A stretch of DNA of 63,344 nt, counting the filler, from Collodictyon triciliatum (lineage: Eukaryota), in the NCBI GenBank assembly GCA_043381765.1. It is 7 parts of 7 records of this genome, joined end to end, with 100 filler letters (N's around TTAATTAATTAA, not from the genome) between each part and the next. Parts side by side here need not be neighbours in the genome. Positions count along the whole stretch, not along the records: positions 36,245 to 45,213 come from JBHJMP010003214.1; positions 45,314 to 54,280 come from JBHJMP010003215.1; 5 more parts are not named here. One strand, given 5' to 3'. Positions 39,156-51,100 of the stretch are shown one piece after another. Within the stretch, counting starts at the first letter, position 1. Every line of letters starts with the position of its first letter. The position numbers were made by a program, and so were the translations under genes. The notes under the pieces were generated by a model. It searched no databases. It was not told the origin of the DNA and worked only from the letters and a program-made list of their open reading frames with translations.

Positions 39156-40558
39156 TTTTTCCTCTTTTTTTTTTTTTTTTTTTTTTTTTAATATGGTGAA
39201 CCTTTACGATTATCTTTGACCATGATACCTCAAAGCTAACTGTAAACAGTGCCCTAAGTGCAACCTCTACATCCAAAAAAACGATGTAATATATGTCCTT
39301 TATCAGAACTTATTATTTTAATACTCATTTCGCTTGTTTTGTACCATTGAAACACAAACAGGGTTGCAACCATATGACGTGCAAGCAATGGTATCTAAAC
39401 TTGAATGTATTCATTCACATTCAACTTCGAATATGTAACCTTCAAATCCTATGAATTTGCCGCGTTATTGATTCATTCACTTTTTGCCAGCCGCTATGAA
39501 TTCTGCTGGATTTGCATGAAAGATTACAAAGTATATGGCGCCTGCAACAGAGTCCAGGTATGTTTATACACAAGTCTGTCTCCATACTTTAGGGAAGAAG
39601 TGATTACTCATTGGAATTTTTCTTTGTTTGATTCTTAAACCTTGATAGATATAAATAGACATTCCATAATTTCAATAGGACAATGACCTCCCGAACGGTG
39701 ATGAAGAATCCAGAATACGCAAAGATTTGCAGAGGTATTTTTAGGTTTTATCATCAAGAATGCTAATGGGAAAATGCGCTCAGCGTTTCATTTACCCGCA
39801 TACGATTATGCTACTACAAATTGTTGACATTATTTTGTGCTGTCATATATTACTGTTTGGAATTGTTTATTATCTTCATGAGGCTTTGAAAAAATGTGGA
39901 TTTTTTTCGCTGTTATTGGTAGGTATAATACATATTATGGAATATATTCTGGGCATCTTAACAGCAAGAGAATGGCTGAGCAATTCCATAAAGTAATTAT
40001 ACAAAGGTGGGTATATTGGTTGGCTGAGGAAATTAATCATCAATGGTTTCTCCTTTTTTTTTTCTCTTTTTTTCTCTTTTTTTCTCTTTTTTTCTCTTTT
40101 TTTCTCTTTTTTTCTCTTTTTTTCCTTAAGATATTTCTGCTCAAATAATTGCACTGAAATCTTTACTTGTACATTTTCAGGGTCGAAGAACAAGCTCTTT
40201 CAACCGTAAATGGGGAGTTGTATAAGGACATGTCTCACTTGGTGGAAGCAAACACTATGCTGATAAAGGTAAGGAGAAATCGAAACAAAATTAATGATAA
40301 AGATTTTGATTACTCTTTTTTTTTATATATATATTATCTTTTCTACGCTTTAATAAATTTTCGAAAAATAAATTCGATGTTATATCAAACTATGTGACAT
40401 TAGGCTCGTCAAATCATTTGTAATTATTGCGTTTTCCTTTTTTATCATGGAGACAGTCCTCTCAAGCAACTATTTGAGTATTTCCATCATACAATCACAT
40501 CATATTACATATAGACTCCACTCATCATTCAAAAGTATAAATTAAAAAAAGTAAGTAC

Positions 40559-40650
<92 letters not shown>

Positions 40651-40925
40651 GAAGTGGTATATTCAAACTCGTGCAAAATATCAGGTTTCATCAGTCTGAG
40701 CTTATTACCGCAGCTGAAGAACTCAATCGCATCATCTCAGACAACCCAGATTCGTTTGTCCCCTAAAAAATATATAGTAAATCGCATAATATTATTATGA
40801 TATTTTTTCTTTACATAATTATTTTATTATTTTATCTTGACAGGAAGCAAAAGGTCCTCTCGGCGTTGGGCAAAGTTAATGCCATATGCTCGACCATAAA
40901 CGAAATGCAAGAGGATGTAAAGTGA
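36382..40925 (+). CDS. Ariadne-family RBR E3 ubiquitin ligase (spliced)
   Basis: RING1 CIICMC..LECGH..CNYCW..WCP; IBR IKWCGGIAC..CDCG..CFKCGRPNHLPCNC; RING2 [31 protein letters not shown]; Ariadne domain RYNTYY; UBA-like N-terminus. Confidence 0.9.
39007..39228 (+). other. U12-type AT-AC intron
   Basis: 5' ATATCCTTTT, branch-like TATCTTTGAC at 39211-39220, 3' AC; removal gives in-frame ESLKW|LKANCKQCPKC. Confidence 0.88.
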
Positions 40926-41233
40926 TAAATTCATATCGCCGAGCAACAAAAAGGAAGACAACCCTGATATTTACCTACTCAAATATTAAACCACACAGCT
41001 CGACGTCAATTATTGTCCTTGTAGTTTTTTTTTTTTTTTATTCTTGGGGTGTATCTACAAAATCTCAACTTGAGCATTGTCTAATCTTGATTGCCTGTTG
41101 CTTTGTCTGTTGTTTTATGTTATGTGTTTGTCTGTCTTTTGGTTTGTGGATAAATTACGCTATAGTAAAAAAACGCAGGGAAAGCAGTATTTATTTGTCT
41201 ATTTTATTGAAATTGTAACAAAATGTCTTATGT

Positions 41234-41577
41234 CTAATGAAGGTCTCCCTCCACATCGTCTATGATTTCAGAATCGCTATTCTGTTGAGTAGGGCGCACT
41301 TCTAAGGAATCGACTTTTCCCTCTGTTGCTAAATACCCATCTCTGTCTGAATTCCAAGATGGCGCCCATGCAGTGAAAACTTCGGTAAAGCTGCTTTGGT
41401 GGGTGCTAGACCCTGAAAAACTGAAATGTGTTGATGCAGCCCCCAATTTGGCCCCTTCCAGTCCTACAGGGTGAACCATGGTGCATCATTGGGCAGTTCT
41501 GAGTCTTTCTTATATGCGATTCAGAGATGAAATCGTTTTCTGATATTGGTATACCAAAGTGCGCTTGTGACAATTGT

Positions 41578-41671
<94 letters not shown>

Positions 41672-44600
41672 GATTTCAATATTTCATGAATTTAAAAAAC
41701 ATGTAGAAAAATGCCGTGAAATATCTATGAATTATCCACTGACCATTTGAATCGAGTGGCGTTGCGTCAGTGTAAAACGAAATGTTCTCAGATGCTCCAT
41801 CAATGGTCTATTGGAGGTCATCTGTGGTTTAGACCGGGCCACATAAAATACACATTCAGCCATCGATTTGTTATCTCCGAATCATCAAGTTACCCTCTCT
41901 GCATCGATGAGCCCGTGTGGTTTAATGGTAGGTATGTGCCTTTTCGCTTGACTACTGATGAATGTAATTATTGTATGTTATTTCGTACAAGTTGCAGCTT
42001 ATATGCTCAAATTTAAAACTTTTAAAACTGTCTACCAACATAGCTTTTAGAATTAATATGGACAATATATGTATCACGCAAGATATTGAATATGCCTCAC
42101 AATTCAATTTTCCCTCCATCACCACACCCGTCCGTGTATTCTCTAAAATGCAAGCCATTTAAATGCGCCTTCGCAACCGATAAAAAGTATTGAGTAAGTT
42201 GAATTTTTTCCTCAAGGTTTAATTCATCTGCTGATGGGAGATTATACAATCGGTTTTGAGAGGTTGCTGGAATCTGAATTAGCTCCTTTTTTAATGTCTA
42301 ATCGAAAATTGAAGGAAAATTCAGAAAGATATCCACCGCTGAAGGAAAAAAAATGAATGAAAAATAATATTTGTATATTAATTGACTAAACAACACTTGG
42401 CACATGAAAAAAATGTCAACTGGAGCGGAAGTGAGAAAAAACAGAGTTTGAGAAGAGAAACGAATTGCTAGTGATTATATCATAATTTAGACTGTAGAAC
42501 TAGATTTAAGTAAATAAGTGCAATTAAGATATTAAAACCTCTAATGATTCAATGAAGGGTCGAATATTTCCCAGAGCTCCTTCATCAAACGAGTCTTTTC
42601 TCAATTGTATTTCACTGGTGATTTTACGCACATAAAAAAACAATACTTCAGCACTATTTTATGTCACTTCATTTCCATGGAACAACACAAGTAATGACGT
42701 ACTATCAAAACATGAAAGGGAACACTGAATAATCCATTTTATATGTTTAATTTCTCCTGAAATGCACTGACCTCAAATAATATCATATGGATGGATAAAT
42801 TATTACACAACTTCTGGTGACTGTGGTCTTTTCAAGAAATTATATGCCCTTGTTCCCTTGGCGTCAGGTTTAGGATACTGGTGGGTGCCTTGGTGGCTAT
42901 TTCGAGGTAAGCTACGCTAGTTGAGATACAATTATATGTTGCATTTGTGTGCGTAAAAGAGAACAAAAAGGAATTGTATACACAAAATTGCATACGTAGA
43001 GACTTTGACTGTCACCAGTTCTTGTATACTTTCATCTATACATAGAAAAATCTTTAATTAAAGGCGAATATTACATAAACTCCCACTAGTATATAGGATA
43101 TAGGATATATATATATATATGGCTTCCCATACCTTGTGTACAATTCCTTAGAACGAAACACTTTAGAAAAAAATGTACATTAATATTTTGAAAAAAAATA
43201 TTTTATGATTTAAAATATTAATTGGATATTTTAATGAATATAACAACTACATCACCTTCTTATTCCCTACTATTTGTATTTTTACAGCACCAATACCGAG
43301 TAATATATTAGCAACATCGTTGAAAATTTTATCTAATGATAATCGACATGGAAAATTAAAGAATAATCTCGATCTACTTTTCATGATAAGTCATCGATGC
43401 AAATATGGATGTAAACACTTCAATTCAAAAAAACCACTTTTCTTTGAAAAAAAAAAAGGCACTGGATTAGGCCTCATTAAACTCTGAACAATAGTAAAAC
43501 TTACCTGAAGTCTTCGAACATGGCTGTGAATTTCACAAATAATTGTTTGATGCAAACATAACACATAGTTGATAAATATATGAGAAAAACTGCATCTCGG
43601 TAATGTAAATCAAAATATTTAAGGGCGATGTAAAAATCATTCCTACTTAGAATACACAATACTCACATATCCCATAACCCCAAGGAGAAAATTTTCGACA
43701 GCCACCGACAACCTCACTTTGAATTTATTTAATCAGATTTCTTTATAGCATTCTTAGTTTGCTTAAGAAAGTGGATTTCATGAATAAAAGAAAACCTTTA
43801 TTCCCAGAAAATTGCTCGACATCGGTCGTGTTTAGCACTTTTTTCTTTTGCAAATTTAAAAAAATGTAGTTATTTAAATAATGAGTCGATGGAATCTACT
43901 AATTTATGTATTTTTTATGTTGCTTAAAATTTTATATAATAAAAAAGGGAAAGTATGCGCGGATATCAAAATACTTTCAATTCTTTGAGGAAAATTTCTA
44001 TATTCTCTTCTCCTAGATACTCGAAAACGTTTGGACTCCTTTTTCCAATAATGCCCATACAAAGCAGCACATTCTTTATATCGTAAACTCTTCTTACGGG
44101 ATATCCTGTATCAATTACAACATAAAAAAATTACATAATATCACGCTGTGTCTATTCCATGTTAGCTTGAAAGTGTAATGAAATTCACTGAGACATATCT
44201 TAAGACAAAGTTATCATATAAGATAAGTAATTTTTTTTCTAAATGGAATAAATCACAAAAATACCTTTCTTCTCGGTAAAATCTTTCAATCCAATGCTAC
44301 ATTTCGTTTGTTTGCAATAATCTAGAAAGCTTCACAATCATGTGAGCAGAGGTTTTATGAATGAAGCGAAACAGGTTGAAATAGGTGAGGTTCACACTTT
44401 AAGAAAATAATTAGTTTCTTCTTTTCAATTAAGCGTAGAAGGAATTACTCTTGGGCTATATCTTTGAGGCGGAATCTTTGGTTCTCAGCCAGTGTGTTAT
44501 ATTGTTGGAGGTCGTCTTTGTTGCTTTTAGACAGGTGCGGACTCGACTCCGAATTTACTGAAGTTGCATGTCTGTGAGTTTTGAGTGTCAATGCTTGCAG

Positions 44601-44759
44601 GAAATCAGACTTTTCTCCTGTAAGCTCCGAAGATGATAAGTGTATCTCGTGGTCGATGGCAATATCCTCGCCTGAAAGCGGTGCGGATTCGCCTTCTTCA
44701 TGAAAGCTACGCGGTCTGTGCACAATCACATCACTTGGCTCCTTGTCGTCCTCCTCCAT
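41234..44759 (-). CDS. Atypical E2F (E2F7/8-, DEL-like) with two E2F-type DNA-binding motifs (spliced; 3' end approximate)
   Basis: GYPVRRVYDIKNVLLCMGIIGK (about 44040-44105) and a second degenerate motif KIFNDVANILLGIGAVKI (about 43270-43330), preceded by RLSVAVENFL. Confidence 0.65.
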
Positions 44760-45213
44760 CGTCTAATGCAATACAATGTGTGTTTTCTTATGATTTTTAA
44801 TTGGTTGGTTTTTTTTATAATGGTCTAGTTTTTATGTAATCTTCAATTTTTATTTTTTTTCTTCATTTCAATTCATACGGAATGAGGGTGTTTGATATTA
44901 TTCGGTTGTTGTTGTCATTCAAGTTTTTTTTTTATTGTTTTTGTCGTTGATTTTCAGCTTCTTTTTTTTTACGATTCAATTTTTTCAGGGTTTTTACACA
45001 AGGATTTTTGTATGCGGGGTTTTATTTATTTATTTTAGTTTTTGTTTTTCTTTTGTTTTTTGTTTTTTGTTTTTTGTTTTTTTGTTTTTTTGTTTTTTGT
45101 TTTTTGTTTTTTTGTTTTTTGTTTTTTTGTTTTTTTGTTTTTTTGTTTTTTGTTTTTTTGTTTTTTTGTTTTTTTGTTTTTTTGTTTTTTTGTTTTTTTG
45201 TTTTTTTGTTTTT

Positions 45214-45313
45214 NNNNNNNNNNNNNNNNNNNNNNNNNNNNNNNNNNNNNNNNNNNNTTAATTAATTAANNNNNNNNNNNNNNNNNNNNNNNNNNNNNNN
45301 NNNNNNNNNNNNN
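45214..45313. other. Artificial contig spacer
   Basis: N44-TTAATTAATTAA-N44. Confidence 0.98.
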
Positions 45314-48155
45314 GCTCTTGTTGTAAACGACTTGCTCGACCCCGTGCAAAAATACTGTCGCTCAGACAGACTTGCAGGCGGCTTCCTTGCACGGGTCTTC
45401 CTGGACTTACGTGCAACTCGGGGGTTTTTACTGCGTCAGTGTTGGAACCAGAAGAGCTGACTGCAACTTGCGAAGCCTTCGACGGGTCTCGGTTCGTGTT
45501 TTCCATCAGGTGTGGGCATATGTTGACAATACCAGAGTCAGCGCACACACCAACCAGGCGAGACAGGTAATTAACAATGCTAATTATTATTGACAATGAA
45601 TTCCAGTATTGTGACTGAAATTTCTAAACTAATTCACCTCAATTCTAGTAATTATTTTGATATCCAGAAATGTTAGTCATCTATTTCTATTTTAAGAGCA
45701 GTCGTATCTATTTCCTTTTAAACATCAGAAAAGCACACGCGCCATTTAATGGTGCTGCCGCGCGTGTATAATCAGAAACAAGGGCAATTCCATGCACAGC
45801 GAGGCAAGCAAAGCCACCAGCATTAATGGTCGAGAAAGAACATAGAAGAGGCGCGACCTCTGCCGCCAAGAAGGAAGTTTTCATTACGATGAAAGAGAGA
45901 GAGCTACTCACGCAAACATCGACTCATAATGATATCCAATAATCTACAACATGATGGTTCCTAGCATGTGGGATCCACAGACCTTTCCACTCGCCGCCCC
46001 ACTTGTCATTGTTTCTCACTCAACACCAACTATTTACGACCAGAGACTGGAAAATCTGCACCAATTTGATTCTTGGCTAGCTGTGTTGATCTATCTTCCC
46101 TCACTTATCTCGTGAGGATTGCCCAAAGTGCATATAGAAAGAGGAAAAAGACTTTCCAATACTCAAATTTGTAGCTGCTTCGCTTCACTCTTCCTAACCC
46201 AATCATTATAAAAATGTGTATTACTTGTAACGACAACCTATGACGTATCAAAGCTCGCTCGTCTCATGAAAATATACACTCATATATTATTCAATAAGCA
46301 AACAAGTTGCTCCTTTTAATGAAAATACAACAATCAAATTCTGCCCAATATGGGCTCTGATCACCCTGAAGGGCTTTATATCTAGACTAATATATGTTTT
46401 AGCCGCCTCGACCATCCTATTCAAGTATTCTAAATCGCCACATTCGAACGAGGAAGTCCATTTAATTTTAAAAATGCACAACTCTATGAAACCACTGTAT
46501 CTCTCATCACTTAGTTGCATCACAACTGCGATAACTGACGTTTCCACATAAGTAGATGATGAACTTATCTCTATACTCAAAATCTTATCATGGCAAGGAG
46601 TGTAGTGGATGAAGTGATGGTCAGCTCATTTAATTAATGATTAAATATTTAACGCATGCATACAAAAGAGTTTATAAATTGAAATTATGAGAAATTTGAG
46701 AGAACAATTCGGTTAAATTAAATGATAAGCCCATATTGGGAGCACCATATTGCCGAAACTTGACCACGGGATATATCTTTCTATTCATAGCATCGTTAAT
46801 GCATTCTTTCGTAATAACATTTCAAGTAGGGGGTTGGCCTTTTCAATTGCATCATGCTCCACTATTCCCAACCATACGGTGCATAGCGCTCCTGGGTCAT
46901 AGCTATCCTTTCTATAGAATGTAACATAATATAATAACAACTACATAACATGCAAAGATCTCCTGAATTTTCTGATACTATCTTCTTTCTCTTGGTTAAT
47001 GGAGTATCAAGGGGGATTGATTTCACAGCTCCTATGGTAAAATATATCAATAGGAATGTGATCGATGTATATATTGAATAGACAGGCTTTTGAATGTAAT
47101 CTTCATTTTTGGTATAAATATTGCGTTTGTTCAATTGTGAATCACAACATGCAATTTAAGATGCAATTGTATTTATACTACCACGAATTTTTTTCAACCA
47201 CTTTATATCTTAAAAACAACATTTGTAAACCATTTACGTCACGAAGTTGCAATGAACTCTTAATGTCAAGTGGAATATAATTTCTCTTTTCCAATATCGA
47301 AAATATGAGCCTAATGTAAATGCAGATACAAAAATTGGTCACCTTCTCATTTATACGATATATATATATGATAGCGCATATATAATTATCAACGTATGGC
47401 AAAGAATTACGATGATTTGTCTAGTAAACTATAAATAATCTGCAAATTTTTATTACGATGGCTGCATGAAATACCTAATGCAGCCTATTTTATGGAATAG
47501 AGAAATATTATAGTCAAGGCCTGATTTATCTCTAATAATATCATATATCATTCATTGAGTCAAATGTTTATAGATCAAGCAACCAAAATCTATCACTAGG
47601 TCTTATTTTTGGATTCAACCAAGGTGGGAGTTGAAATTCTCGAGGATCCGATGGAGATAGAAGGGGTGAGCTCTTGTACAATCATGAACCTAGAACCCTC
47701 AATAGTCTATTGTAGATAAGTAATGTTGAAAACACTTTTTTGGGGTTCTGTAATGTAAAATCTTTTTGAACTGGTCATTTGGGTACCCTTCAAATACTTG
47801 CATAAATTAGGACAGTATTTGTTCCGATGTATTGGAGCAAAAACAGCCTTCCATGGATTTGTGCTGCATAGAATGTATCTTTTCTAGGTTTGTACAGCTA
47901 TGACAATCAATCATAAGAAAAAAAGTAATTAGAATTATCTTAATTTTTCGTGGATCTTTCATTCTCTTCTTATACGCTGAATAACTAATGAAGATATGCC
48001 AAAAATTATAGGGAGCTTATCAAACATACTGATGGTAACTGAATAGATTTAGAAAAACGGAACATATGTAAAATTAATCCAAGCTAAAATAATTTGTTGA
48101 TAACTTTTTAGGATGCTTTGAATAATATTATTATAGATAACACAATAAATTTCAG

Positions 48156-51100
48156 GTAATTCTGAATGGCACGTTCCTGAATCAAACAAATCAACATCTT
48201 GTGACAACCATGGCATTATATTACAAGCAGGAATTATCATCCCCCCTAATGTGAACCCCAACGTGCTCAATCACATCATATGCGACGATCAACTCCTTAG
48301 CCTTGCGTATCGCAGGAATCACCTGTATGAACTGTGTCCAACACTAAGAGGAGGTGGAAACTCCTCTTCCAGATCGGCTCGATCAAATACCGCTGCTCCT
48401 CCCCATACATCGGGAGCTCAAGTAGAAACAACAGATGAGATTTTAGAAATTTTGTCCAAAATAAACGATGCTTATCGCTCAGCAGCTAACTCATCACCGG
48501 ATTCAAATCACCAATTCTTATCACTACAGCTGATGCAAGTCTTAACATATCAGATACTAAAAAGTGCCAACAAAGAAGAGGACATGAGGGTTGTTGAAAA
48601 GTTAGCATCTCTTCATATCTCAATTGTAGAGAAGTATGGCCAAAATATCCGTGAACAGGCTATTGTTGCAGAAAAACAAGCAGCCATACAGAGAGATACC
48701 ATTCGGGAGCAAGCTTCCTTAATTGAAAAGCAAAGTGAATCAAACCAAAGACTGATTCAGGGCCTTATAGACCAGGTCTCACGATTGCCAGTATCTCAGC
48801 AAACTCCGCAAGTGATTGATTCATTGGTGCGCGTTATTTCACCACAAGTAACACCATCAAGCTCTAGCCAAACAAATGCAGCCATATTTTCAACCGCGCT
48901 GCAATCGCAACTTCATGATAATCTTGTCACCAATGCAAGTCAACAATGCACCGTTAATATTACTCCTACTACTCATTTTTTTCCAACAAATCCTGTTGCT
49001 GTTCAACCAAAACCTCACGATGCTTCGCAAAACCCACCTGAGCAAGTAACAGCACCGACTACACTGGCATCAAATCCGTTCAGAGAAAACCAACTGAAAA
49101 CACAGTCCGGTAGCAGTGCGACAGAGACTCCACAAAGTGCTGGTAATACAAATCTTCAGGCAAATGCAGGAACAAGTAGTCCAACAAATCTCCCAGGAGA
49201 TACTCACGCAAATGCTTCCGAGCTTGCCAAAGCCATATTTGAGCAACGAGACCAACAATTTGGAAAGAATACCGATACAAAAAGAGCTCTTCGCATAATC
49301 AAGCTATTCATGAAGGAACAAACTGCCGATGAGAAGAGCTTGGATGAACTCACTGCACTGGCCCCAGCAGGATCCAAACTCATTTCAGAGAAGCTGATAA
49401 CTGCTATTGGCACAATGATGGATAAAAAAATGGAAAAGCTGGACCGCCTGCTAGATGCTTTGAATATCGTTGTGGGGAACACATTGAAGGAGGATTTCGA
49501 CCACACGCTGCTAGCTCAAGTCCTAGATATTCTGATAGACCGTGTCGGAACTCTCTTTGCTTCGGACGAGGCTTTATGTCAAAGGATATTGGACAGTCTG
49601 ATTTCCATTCTAAATTCGCTCCATCTTTCTGGCGCATCAGGAATTCCTGAAGAAAAATACAAAGCATACAAAGAGACATTTGGACAGAGCTGGATTGACA
49701 AGAAAACTGAGACTCACGGGGAAGAAATCGAAAACAAAATGCAGATTCAATATGTTCAGGCCAAGAAATCTTTGTTTTGTGAGCTACTGAAGCATATTGG
49801 CGATGGTCAGAGTTCTGTCGTGAAGAATCTGAAAATAGCTGGCAGAGTTGGACTCGGTCTATTCAACGCTGCATCTGCTGCTTTCTCTTTCGACATCAGT
49901 GGCACTCTGGCATCATTGCAGGAGGTTGCGACCGCTGTTGGAGAAATCGACATCAAAAAGGATTGGTTTACATTCTATCAAAAATTTCGCGTCAGTTTAT
50001 TCGTCGGTGCCGATGAGGCGAAAAAATCGTGGGATTCTCAATTTTCAGGAAAGAAAGACGAAGTTGGAGAAACCCTGGCATTCCTAATTATTGATACAAT
50101 TTATGAATGCTATCTCCACAAACACAATAGCTCGGAGGGACAAAAAGTCTACAAATTAATCGAGTATATCACACGTCATGAAAAATGGCTGAAAAGTGAG
50201 GTTATTAACCGATTTGTGGAATCAAAAAAGCAAGAAATGGCAGAATATAAGCCAAAAGAGTCAAAATTACCTACTGCACTTTTTGAAAAAGCTGGTAAAG
50301 ACGAAAGAACAATTCAAGACATCATCGAGAACATTAAGGAGGAGACCATTCGAAATGAAGATTTCAATAGTCGTTTTAACACATATATTCCCGGTCAAGC
50401 CGAAAGAATTGCTGAGAAAGGAAAGAAGTTTGATGCCCAAGAACGCATCCTGAATTTCATCACATCTGGAAATGAAAAAGTGCTGCTCATACTTGGCGAT
50501 TCTGGCTCTGGGAAATCATTGTTACAGCAGTTTATTGTGCGATTGCTTTGGAAAAACTATGAATATGGAAAGTCGCATATTCCATTGTATGTTGCGCTTA
50601 CTTCATTGGAAAAGCCCAGAGAAAACGCCATCGAAGAACTGCTTCTTTCTGAGAGTAAAAATAGCTTCTACATCCCAGACTCTGATTTTCGAGTCGAACA
50701 TGTTAAAGAATTGAAAAAGATGAAATTCGTATTTTTCCTGGATGGTTATGATGAGATTGAAGATAGTTGTACATCTTTCTACAAATCAAATATGCTTGAA
50801 GAATGGCCCAACTGCAAGTTTGTGATTGGATGCCGCAAGCAGTTTTTGGACAAAAAATCTCAGTACCAATCACTTTTTGCACCCAAAGCTAGTCATGGAT
50901 ACTCTCTGGATGAAATATATCTGAGACCTTTTGAAACTAAGCAAAGGCTTGATTACTTCAACAAGTATGCTGAGAGAAATCCTATTGAAGGATGGGAAAA
51001 AGGAGAAAAGTATGAGGAAGAGTTGAAGAAAATCAAGGAGCTTGATGAATTGACTGTCACTCCGTTTATGATTTTCATGGCAGCCACCACCCTGCCGTCC

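Noticed and set aside
45314-47400. Short minus-strand ORFs upstream of the NLR, considered as a partner effector gene or retroelement remnant
   Set aside because: No recognisable motif (no amyloid, HeLo, gasdermin, RT or integrase signature) and no consistent gene model
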